From contig VRVR01000002.1 of assembly GCA_009859145.1 (NCBI GenBank), forward strand, positions 473,853-537,852: a stretch of DNA of 64,000 bases. Reading direction: 5' to 3'. Numbering within the stretch: the stretch's first letter is position 1; every line of letters begins with the position of its first letter. Under the pieces are notes generated by a model. That model made no database searches and had not been told where the DNA came from. It was given only the letters and a program-made list of their open reading frames with translations. Positions 1 through 8,126 of the stretch are shown one piece after another. The position numbers were made by a program, and so were the translations under genes. The DNA comes from Andalucia godoyi And28 (Eukaryota; Protista; Jakobida).

Positions 1-1
1 T

Positions 2-469
2 ACAATGTTTGACAATTTCCACAGATATTCATTCACAAAGCTTGCGTTTCCGTCGTTTCACGCCTTTCTTAGTGGTCGAGCGTTTTATTCGACTGTGGAG
101 CCCCAGAATGTCGCCTCTCTGCACGATGCATTTCAAAGAACGCCGCTATTCGATTCGTCGAGGCTCCCCAAGAAGGAGTATAGCGTTCTGGAAATCGACT
201 ACGAGACAAGTCCTGACCGGGGGTATCTGTATGGGCCAGTTGCATTTCGCCATGTCAAGGGCAATCGGCGGTCGCCCAGCGTCGAATCGTCCGTCATTCT
301 GGACTCTGTCGCGGACGTCTTTCAAGTCGAAAGCCTCATCACGAACGACCAAGCGAAAGCCGGGTTCTTACTGTTCTTGCAAAGACTCCTTTTGCAAGAA
401 CCAGCACTGCTCTTCTTGTCTGAAAAGGGCCCTTGGAATTTCGTTTCGCACCCACTAGAAGAATTGTAG
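2..469 (+). CDS. 3' part of an unidentified protein, probably entering from the left edge
   Basis: Frame is open from the window start to TAG at 467-469 and is followed by a T/A-rich spacer. No recognisable motif. Confidence 0.45.
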   Translation, partial: TMFDNFHRYSFTKLAFPSFHAFLSGRAFYSTVEPQNVASLHDAFQRTPLFDSSRLPKKEYSVLEIDYETSPDRGYLYGPVAFRHVKGNRRSPSVESSVILDSVADVFQVESLITNDQAKAGFLLFLQRLLLQEPALLFLSEKGPWNFVSHPLEEL

Positions 470-608
470 TTTTTTTAATTAAAAAATTAGAAAATAAGGA
501 AAACAGGACAGAGCAACGTCGCATGCAGCGCGAAGAATATTCACATGATAGTAATCGATGATATTGCCCCTCCGAGGCAGCGTGAGCCTTGAGCATTCGA
601 GTCCCGAT

Positions 609-639
<31 letters not shown>

Positions 640-993
640 GTGCTTCGTGCTTGCGGCTGCCTCCCGGGCGTTTCCCGCAAAGACAGAGCAGCGACGTCTG
701 GGCCGCTTTGTCTTCTCTTCCCTCGTTCCCCTTCGACTTCCGAGCTCCTGCCTGTCGTAGTAGCCAGCAGCACATCCCAGTGTCAAGTATCAAGTGTCAA
801 GCACCAGGCTCTCTACGACCAGCAGTGAGCACCATCCGAAAAATGCCCCGGTCTGGCTGGCGGAGTTCATCCGCTCCCGAATTCGCTGTGGCCCTTCTTC
901 TTCTACGCACATTCTCCGCACATCTATTTATTTATTTATTTATTCACTCATTCATTCATTATCTTCCGAAACTCTGTTCCGCATTTTGGCGCT

Positions 994-2631
994 ATGGTGT
1001 CAGGCAACACTTTGCTGTGTCTTGCAACAGTGGTGCTGCTTGTTGCTGTATCCGTTTCGCACGGACAGCAACAGCAAGTGTCTGCTTCGTGCTACTATCA
1101 AGGAGATGCGGCGCACGTGGTGTTCAACAAGATTGACCACTCTGCGGTTGCATGGGCGCAGTTTGCAGACACGACGTTTGAGATTGGCTGGTCGAAGTTG
1201 CAGCTTGTGGCGAATCCGTCTGCGGATGCGTCGCAGCAGTCATACTGTGCAGGATATCTTGAGGGCGCTCTGACGGCCAATGCAACATACAACTTGTACA
1301 GGACGACGCTGGAGACGTTCTTTCCGTCAGGAACAGTGCCGTCACAATTGAACGATTTCTTCACCCAGCAAAAGGCGTATACAGACGACCTTGTCTCCTC
1401 TCACGCAAGCTCGGGCGATGCTTACTACGCTCTGCTGGGACAGGTCGGTGTGTTCTATGACGGCTTTTTGGATGGCTACAACATGGAGCTCGGCGCGGAG
1501 CATCCGTTGACGTATGTCCAATTGCAGCTTGTGAATGCAGAAGCTGATTTGGGAGATATATTGTCCTATTTGTTCCCTTCGCAGCGCATTGATGTGAATG
1601 TTGCATCGAAAGCCGAGCTGGAGTTGCATCTGGACGCACACACACATTGCTCTGCGCTGATTTCCCTACTTCCGGGGCACTCTGCGCTGCTTGCGGGACA
1701 CTCTACGTGGGCTGGCTACGACACAATGCTCAGGACGTACAAGTACTATTCAGTTCCTTCTCTTGGAGCGACGATCGTGCTGAGTGGCTATCCTGGAGGA
1801 GGTCCCTTTTCGTCGGATGACTTCTACATGACGCAGCCGCACAATTTGTTCATCACGGAGACCACCAATGATGTGTTTGACTCCTCTCTATACAAGAAGA
1901 TTACGGTCAATGGACTGCTGTGCTGGCAGCGAACACTGCTTGCAAACGCCCTAGCGACGACAGGTGCAGAGTGGCATACTATTTTCCAGCGATACAGCGC
2001 CGGCACATATAATAATCAGTGGATGGTCATTGACTATAAGTTGTTTACTCCGGGAATGGGATCGTTGAGGGAAATGACACTCACGGTCGGTGAGCAGATG
2101 CCGGGGTTCTACATGTGGGCTGACCAATCGGCTGTTCTCGAAAAGCAAGGTTACTGGCCTTCGTACAACATTCCGTTCTATCCGGAGGTGTACAACATGT
2201 CTGGATATGCAGCGGCGCAGAAGACGATGGGTGACTTGGTTTCCTACACAAAGTGTCCTCGTGCGCAAATCTTTGGGCGCGATCGTGCAACTGTCAAGGA
2301 CCAGGAGTCTATGAACAAACTTCTTCGGTACAACAACTGGCAAAGCGATCCACTGTCGCTGAATTCTCCAAGCAACGCCATAATGGCCCGAAACGACTTG
2401 CTGCCTGCCAGCGCGCACCGGCGGCTTTCTGGTGGAATTGACACCAAGACCACAAACGATGTGTTCATCAAGCAACTCCGAGCCCAGGCATGTGCCGGGC
2501 CGACTCATGATCAGCAGTCGGTGTTTGTGTGGTCTGAATACGAGAAGTTGACGAACCAAACGTATCCGCATTACGGACAGCCCGATAGCTTCCCGTTCAC
2601 CTTTGTAGATTTCCAGTGGAGCGAAATCTGA
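994..2631 (+). CDS. Phospholipase B-like protein (PLBD1/PLBD2 family, secreted/lysosomal Ntn-hydrolase)
   Basis: Signal peptide; H-CSALI autocleavage Cys; motifs FSSDDFY, TETTN, GTYNNQWMVIDYK, YWPSYNIPFY, PRAQIFGRD, GGIDTK, GPTHD. Confidence 0.93.
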   Translation: MVSGNTLLCLATVVLLVAVSVSHGQQQQVSASCYYQGDAAHVVFNKIDHSAVAWAQFADTTFEIGWSKLQLVANPSADASQQSYCAGYLEGALTANATYNLYRTTLETFFPSGTVPSQLNDFFTQQKAYTDDLVSSHASSGDAYYALLGQVGVFYDGFLDGYNMELGAEHPLTYVQLQLVNAEADLGDILSYLFPSQRIDVNVASKAELELHLDAHTHCSALISLLPGHSALLAGHSTWAGYDTMLRTYKYYSVPSLGATIVLSGYPGGGPFSSDDFYMTQPHNLFITETTNDVFDSSLYKKITVNGLLCWQRTLLANALATTGAEWHTIFQRYSAGTYNNQWMVIDYKLFTPGMGSLREMTLTVGEQMPGFYMWADQSAVLEKQGYWPSYNIPFYPEVYNMSGYAAAQKTMGDLVSYTKCPRAQIFGRDRATVKDQESMNKLLRYNNWQSDPLSLNSPSNAIMARNDLLPASAHRRLSGGIDTKTTNDVFIKQLRAQACAGPTHDQQSVFVWSEYEKLTNQTYPHYGQPDSFPFTFVDFQWSEI

Positions 2632-2753
2632 TTGTTTGGAGTCTGTGCTCTGCTCGTTCGATAGTATGTTGCGGCAATGCCCCGCTCTCACATGTGAATA
2701 GTAAAAGAAGCAGCCCGTGGCGTCACGAACATCTGTTTCCCAAGCTTGTCAAA

Positions 2754-3839
2754 CTACATGATGGTGCACTTTTTGGCAGCTGCGGGTTTGCCACAGCACG
2801 TTTTCAGCAAGGCCTCTTGCTTCAGCAGTCTTGGCTCCTCCGAGGTTTCGGCCCAGATTTCAACGAGCTGCTCAATGTTCTCCATTGGCTGCTTCCGAAT
2901 GCGAACGCACAGCGGACCCGACGTTAAGACATCTCGGTCCACGGTCCAGTCGAACAGCGATGCTCCCGTGAACCGATCGAAGGGATTGAACTCGATGATT
3001 TGCAACGCAATCGTAGCGATGAATCCCGACGAATCGCGCCTCGGCAACAATGCAACATCCATGACACAATTATCATATGGAATTTCATTCTTGTGCTTCT
3101 CGTAAAACATCCTGATTCCCTCTCGGACAACCATCTCCTGATCCTGCAGATCCTCATAAAAGCAATATTGATTGTACTGGGAAATCGCCGTCAGCTGCTT
3201 GTCATGCACAAAACATCTGAATTCCCAGGCTTCGTCAATTTGCTTATTCCACGCGCGCAGAATGAGCTGGGTTGAGAGTCCGTGCTCCTTTGACTTGACC
3301 AGATCCCTATTCACGCGCTCCGAAGTGCATGTCAAATGCAGAATCTCCAAAGCACTCGAGACACAAAGTGCCGCACTTCGTTGCTTCAGCATGCGCACGA
3401 AAATGCTGTTTGCTGTGTCTGGATTGGATCGGTCAACCGTTTCTGGATCGAGCCCAAGATCCTTTGCTGTGTCTGCATACTTTACAATGCCGTGAAGTGG
3501 TATGCCGTCTTTTGGCGAGCGGCAACTCAGCCGGACAAACCACTGTTTTTGCTCAGAATAATCATTCAGCACCCTTGCTATTCGAGAAGCAAGATCCGAG
3601 AGCCCATGTTCCACAAAGCCCTTCACACGGTCTGCATCCTCCATCGCGGATTTCAAACCAAATTCGGTGCGATAAAACTCCAGAATGCAGTCAACATCGG
3701 TGCCTGTCAAATCCATGAAAACAGTCTTGGGTGTCAGATGCTCCACTGCCTCATACCATTTATCCACATCATAATCGCGACCAGCGATCACCCAGTCCAA
3801 CTCTGCGTCCATACTCTCTTGGTTGTCCTTCTTCTTCAT
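2754..3839 (-). CDS. CDC123/D123-like (R2K clade) ATP-grasp protein with C-terminal CaaX box
   Basis: Motifs WFVRLSCRSPKDG, WEFRCFV..QLTAISQY, IIEFNPF. Likely start ATG at 3839, since the upstream in-frame stretch is a (CA)n/(CT)n microsatellite. Ends ...CCGKPAAAKKCTIM*. Confidence 0.85.
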   Translation of the reverse strand: MKKKDNQESMDAELDWVIAGRDYDVDKWYEAVEHLTPKTVFMDLTGTDVDCILEFYRTEFGLKSAMEDADRVKGFVEHGLSDLASRIARVLNDYSEQKQWFVRLSCRSPKDGIPLHGIVKYADTAKDLGLDPETVDRSNPDTANSIFVRMLKQRSAALCVSSALEILHLTCTSERVNRDLVKSKEHGLSTQLILRAWNKQIDEAWEFRCFVHDKQLTAISQYNQYCFYEDLQDQEMVVREGIRMFYEKHKNEIPYDNCVMDVALLPRRDSSGFIATIALQIIEFNPFDRFTGASLFDWTVDRDVLTSGPLCVRIRKQPMENIEQLVEIWAETSEEPRLLKQEALLKTCCGKPAAAKKCTIM

Positions 3840-4179
3840 AACGCACACACACACACACACTCTCTCTCTCTCTCTCTCTCTCTCTATTATAAAAAAAAGT
3901 CGAATTTAAGTCTCTGGAAATAAAGAGAGTCCTTTTTTCAGCTCGGAAATTACACCTTAATGGTTTGTCGGAGGATTTCCTGGAACGAATCGTCCGAAAC
4001 TCCGAAATGTGCACTGGCCGTTGCCACTTATTGCGATATGATGGCGCAGTCTGAAGCGCACGCAAACAACAACACTGCCACGCGCCCATGCGCATGCGTT
4101 TGTTGTCTTAATCAACTCCGTCACATGATGCCCGATTCGTTTCGCCCCATTTTGATCATGAAATCCCTATAAACATGCC

Positions 4180-4450
4180 ACCGCGTTGCATTCTCGCACA
4201 GCGACGCTCATTTCATTTTCTTATTTTTATTGTTATTGTCCATGCAACGCACCATGTACATCACGCCCGCAACGCTGCGCAAGACCCATGACATCTCCAT
4301 CGCCGCCATGAAAGATCCGTAGCATCTACATCTATCTTAAGAGCGTCTCTCATGCCGAGGGGCGTGTTGGGGGTCTACCCCGTTCCCAATCATGCTATGC
4401 ATGCTGGGTGATCAGCGATGATTATCCGTGGTTAGTGTACAGTGTAGGCG
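4180..4450 (+). mobile_element. Miniature internally deleted IS607/Fanzor2 derivative (non-autonomous); left boundary approximate
   Basis: Micro-ORF 4242-4322 (MQRTMYITPATLRKTHDIS...) resembles the TnpA N-terminus at 47941 (MFETARTIRKKYDIS). It is followed by ACATCTATCTTAAG (IYLK, the last Fanzor codons) and a right end homologous to 49300-49420 (- strand), ending TGTAGGCG. Confidence 0.7.
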
Positions 4451-4473
4451 CCCCAGAATGTACGCTCCTTTTT
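4328..4473 (+). ncRNA. Putative Fanzor2 omegaRNA scaffold (to 4450) plus candidate guide (4451-4468) and T5 run
   Basis: Shares GGCGTGTTGGGG.G.CTA.CCC.TTCCC and GTT(C)AGTG.A.A.TGTAGGCG with the sequence just downstream of the Fanzor RuvC-III codons at 49.3-49.4 kb. Several hairpins (e.g. CATGC-TAT-GCATG). TTTTT at 4469-4473. Confidence 0.55.
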
Positions 4474-4677
4474 GACATTTTCCCCAACCATAAACCGAGA
4501 ATTACAGAGCAAGTAGCGTTTTCTGAGGCGTTGACTGGAAATTCTATATATATTTTAAATTAAAAAAGGTGCTTTTATCGCAGTGGAAGACCTGATCCAA
4601 CATACGGAAGAAGAAGGCAAGCTCCTGCGTGAAGGGAGACACAGCGGCAGGAAAAATGATTTTTTTAATTTAAAATT

Positions 4678-6843
4678 CTAGTCGTCAATTTCGATTGGGC
4701 CGTCGGTGAACCGAGCACTGGTGTGTGCATTTGCGGAAACGATCGGTGACGGAAGCGGTGCATTGGGCTGGACAGCATGAGGAGACGTCACTCGAATTTC
4801 TTTTGCAGGAGGAGCATCAAAGCCTTCCAAAATATCGTTCAGCCAGCTTGGATTTTCGTCACAGACATCGTGAAAATCAAACCCGAGAGTCAGTCCCAGA
4901 GAACCAGGGGTAGACGCAGAACCTTCTGGTCTCTCCCGCTTTGAAGGAGTACTCCGCTGAGAAGGCGCAGTTTCCGGTATAATGTTCCCGTCGCTGTCCA
5001 CGAGCACATCTCGAGCATTTGGTGATATTTGCTTCAAAATCCGTTCAAAATTCGTGTCGTATCGGATGTCATGAAAATGGACCGCCTGCTTGCAAATCGG
5101 GCATTCGTAGACACCTGTATTTTGACCGTTCAACAAGAACCACTTCGCGTCGAAACAAGCCTTGTGCGCGCAATCAATGCCTCTAGCGGGACGCTCGATG
5201 CGCGAAGAAGACAGCGGATCCGTTGTTGGAATCTTCCAGGAAACCACCTCGATGTCCGAATCCGAGTCGTCGTCATTCGGAGTGGTGGGCTTCCGGGACG
5301 GCGGTATGCGGTCCGTCGCAACATTGCTGGACGGCTTCGAATCGCGCCTCTGCTGCTGCGCAGCGGGAAAATTGTGTTGCGGGATTTTGGAAAGAAGAAC
5401 CTCAATCGGAAGTAATTTCACAACCCGAATAACGAAAATGCAATTGTGGATCAGGCTCATCTGGTCACGTACGCTCAGCACTGAGCGAAACGAAAAAGAG
5501 ACCTGGTTCTTCCCCGCGACTAGCATGCCCTTGTTCAGCTCAAGTGTTGGAGTTGTACACTTGGTGCGGAAAGTTTCTTGCTGGGCCTTTTTAGATTGAA
5601 ACATTACCAATGGCTGCTCCTGCAGCGGTAATGGCCACACCGTGTTGTTGATTGTCAGAATTGGGAACTCTCTAAAATCCAGCCCGGAAAATAATATCTG
5701 CGGACCGGCTCGAAACGCGTGCACACTGACAACTACTTGGAATCCAGCATTCCCTCGTACTTCTTCCAGCTCAGTGCTCGTCAACTCAAAGGACAAGGTA
5801 GCCGTCGACGACGGTCGTGGCGGATGTGATGATAGAGAAGCATGTGCAAACTCCGCTCGAGCAATCTGCACAACACGTTCCGTCTGATGAAACGGAGTGA
5901 AATTCTTTGTTAATTCTGGATACGCACATATACTGGAAGGATCAGAAATCAACGACTGGATCGCGGCAGATACCGGTAAATTGACTCTGGGCAGGGAGCC
6001 AGACGTAGACGCAGACGTAGACGCAGACGCAGACGGGGGTGCGGCAACTGTGGCGGGACGGCTTGTGGTAGAAGAAGAAGCCCGATGCCCCGTGGGCACC
6101 AAAGATGCAGGAGTACGCGATATGGAACTTGGAGGAGCATGTGGGGCCGACATTCCACGATTTGGCATCAGATTCCAATATGGCAGCGTGCGCGAACTCG
6201 CGGAATCTGCGGCGATGCTTGTGGACGATGGTATGACATATGAAGACTGCGGTTGCGATCTCGTGGGGTTCGTAGGGGTGGATGAGAAAGAAAGGGTTGT
6301 GCCCGAAGTGTCCGGAGTGCTCGGAGTACTCGAGACGAGCCTGCGCCCAATAAATTGTGGAGTTGAGATGGACCGACTTGAAAGCGCAATGTCCATCAAT
6401 GCAGATCCCAGTGGCGGCGGCGACGACGACGAAGAGCCCCTCAGCGTACCAACTGCGCTCGTAGCAGCAGCAGCAGGGGTCGTAGTTGCGGGTGGCGGTA
6501 AAACGGCGCCCGACTCCGATCGTACATTGCGGAGTAAAGGATGGACAAGCAGTTTTGCAATCACTGGAGGGTCCAGACTGGTGGACTCCGGGTACATTGC
6601 AGCATATGCATTCCTTGCAAAACACCATAGCGGATCTTCCACAAACATTACATTGGAGATATCACTCAATATCAGATCCTTCTTTGCATACGTGGAATGT
6701 TCGAAGCGCCAGCCGGTGCAAAATTGCACATACGCTCGAATTACCTTTAGCGATTCCAATCTAATCGTAGAATCGATCCTGTTTAAGTACATTGCCCGAA
6801 GTGCTTCTGCAAGCTTTTCTTCGGAAATCGGGTGGTGATACAT
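4678..6843 (-). CDS. SP-RING (MIZ zinc finger) SUMO E3 ligase, PIAS/SIZ family
   Basis: DPLSSSRIERPARGIDCAHKACFD...CPIC SP-RING motif; acidic/SIM-like DIEVV and IEIDD. Likely start MYHHP at 6843. Confidence 0.88.
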   Translation of the reverse strand: MYHHPISEEKLAEALRAMYLNRIDSTIRLESLKVIRAYVQFCTGWRFEHSTYAKKDLILSDISNVMFVEDPLWCFARNAYAAMYPESTSLDPPVIAKLLVHPLLRNVRSESGAVLPPPATTTPAAAATSAVGTLRGSSSSSPPPLGSALMDIALSSRSISTPQFIGRRLVSSTPSTPDTSGTTLSFSSTPTNPTRSQPQSSYVIPSSTSIAADSASSRTLPYWNLMPNRGMSAPHAPPSSISRTPASLVPTGHRASSSTTSRPATVAAPPSASASTSASTSGSLPRVNLPVSAAIQSLISDPSSICAYPELTKNFTPFHQTERVVQIARAEFAHASLSSHPPRPSSTATLSFELTSTELEEVRGNAGFQVVVSVHAFRAGPQILFSGLDFREFPILTINNTVWPLPLQEQPLVMFQSKKAQQETFRTKCTTPTLELNKGMLVAGKNQVSFSFRSVLSVRDQMSLIHNCIFVIRVVKLLPIEVLLSKIPQHNFPAAQQQRRDSKPSSNVATDRIPPSRKPTTPNDDDSDSDIEVVSWKIPTTDPLSSSRIERPARGIDCAHKACFDAKWFLLNGQNTGVYECPICKQAVHFHDIRYDTNFERILKQISPNARDVLVDSDGNIIPETAPSQRSTPSKRERPEGSASTPGSLGLTLGFDFHDVCDENPSWLNDILEGFDAPPAKEIRVTSPHAVQPNAPLPSPIVSANAHTSARFTDGPIEIDD

Positions 6844-6945
6844 GCGCGCCGCATAGAACAAGAAATCAGAGCCTGAGAACCGACACGAAACGACATTGCT
6901 CATTCCACAACACTTCCCAAAATGCACCAAAGCACGCAGACACAC

Positions 6946-6960
6946 ACACACACACACACA

Positions 6961-6992
<32 letters not shown>

Positions 6993-7023
6993 ATCTATCT
7001 ATCTATCTATCTCTCTCTCTCTT
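6946..7023. repeat. Compound microsatellite (CA)n(CT)n(CTAT)n
   Basis: Seen directly. Similar (CT)n/(CA)n/(GA)n tracts at about 609-636, 3843-3884, 20150-20182 and 20590-20635, mostly 5' of genes. Confidence 0.9.
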
Positions 7024-7292
7024 TCCAACTCTCTTTCTATCTCAAGCAAAAGCAAAAACCATAATGATATCCAATCTTTCTTCTAAAAAAAATTGATAAA
7101 ATCGTGTTTTCCGGACTACAGATTAAAAGGCATTTGAGGGGGAATTGAGTTGCCTCATGTTTGTGATTCCCTATCTTTTGAGTTTATTTTATGTTTTTCT
7201 TGGAGAATTTTGAGTTTTGCTTTTCGTGGTGTGCTGCGCTCGCTGGTTTCTTCTTCTTTTCTTTTGTTTGTTTGTTGTGTCGGGCATTGTTG

Positions 7293-7916
7293 ATGGAGAG
7301 CAGCATGGCCGATGAGACGATTGCGAATCCGCTTGTTTTCCAGTGTGAAAAGTGTCGCGTGATACTAGGAGATACATTTTCACTTGTGACTGCGGACGGT
7401 GAGATGCAGATGGTGTGTCTGGAGCTTGCATCTCCACATGTAGTTGTGGACAAGGATGCGTTTCTCGTGAGTCCTGCATCGGCTCGTGATGCTGGATCGA
7501 CGTTTCATATTCTAAAGTGTGCGAGTTGCAAGGCTGTGCTTGGGAGGCAGTATAAGACTACAGATGCAGCAATGGATCCGTGGAGGGGGAAGTTTGCGCT
7601 GTCCACGAAGAGCATAAGCTCGTATCAGCTTGGGAAGGGCTCACAAGGCATTGATCAGCTGTTCTCGACGTACCACAGCCTGTCGCGGGTCTCGGAGGAT
7701 TTGCTAAAAGTGCAGCAAATGCTCATTTTGTTCAGTGAACGCATCCAGGCGCTCGAACAGGCAGCTGCAGTTGTGCCATCGTCGTCGAGTGCGACAGGCA
7801 AGACTGGGCCTGGAGGGTCATCATCGTTAGTAGAACATTCCGAATTCAAACGCAACGCTCCGGATGATTTTGCCTATCAGGACAGTCAACCTGCATTGAA
7901 GAAAAAGAAGAGATAG
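7293..7916 (+). CDS. Mis18 (Yippee/Mis18 zinc-binding) centromere protein
   Basis: PLVFQCEKCRVILGDT and LKCASCKAVLGRQY CxxC pairs; C-terminal coiled coil; KKKKR NLS. Start at ATG 7293 or 7305. Confidence 0.75.
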   Translation: MESSMADETIANPLVFQCEKCRVILGDTFSLVTADGEMQMVCLELASPHVVVDKDAFLVSPASARDAGSTFHILKCASCKAVLGRQYKTTDAAMDPWRGKFALSTKSISSYQLGKGSQGIDQLFSTYHSLSRVSEDLLKVQQMLILFSERIQALEQAAAVVPSSSSATGKTGPGGSSSLVEHSEFKRNAPDDFAYQDSQPALKKKKR

Positions 7917-8126
7917 CGTACCAATCCACGAGGGAGGGCGCGTTTCTTTCCTCCGGGAGCTGTAGAAAATGTAAAATACTGTACTGTCTCTTTTGTATTG
8001 CGAGTCCTTAATTCAGAACGCGGGGACATTGACTGTACAGAAAAGCGGGGAGGGGGGTGGGAACAACAGCAAATCAACTGGAACAAGACCTAGACGTTCC
8101 TCTGCTCAAGCAGAAACTGAGAGTAA

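Noticed and set aside
4341-4530. Resemblance to U3 snoRNA boxes (GAGCGT, GATGAT, CTGA)
   Set aside because: No box A/A' 5' domain; homology to the Fanzor right end explains the region better.
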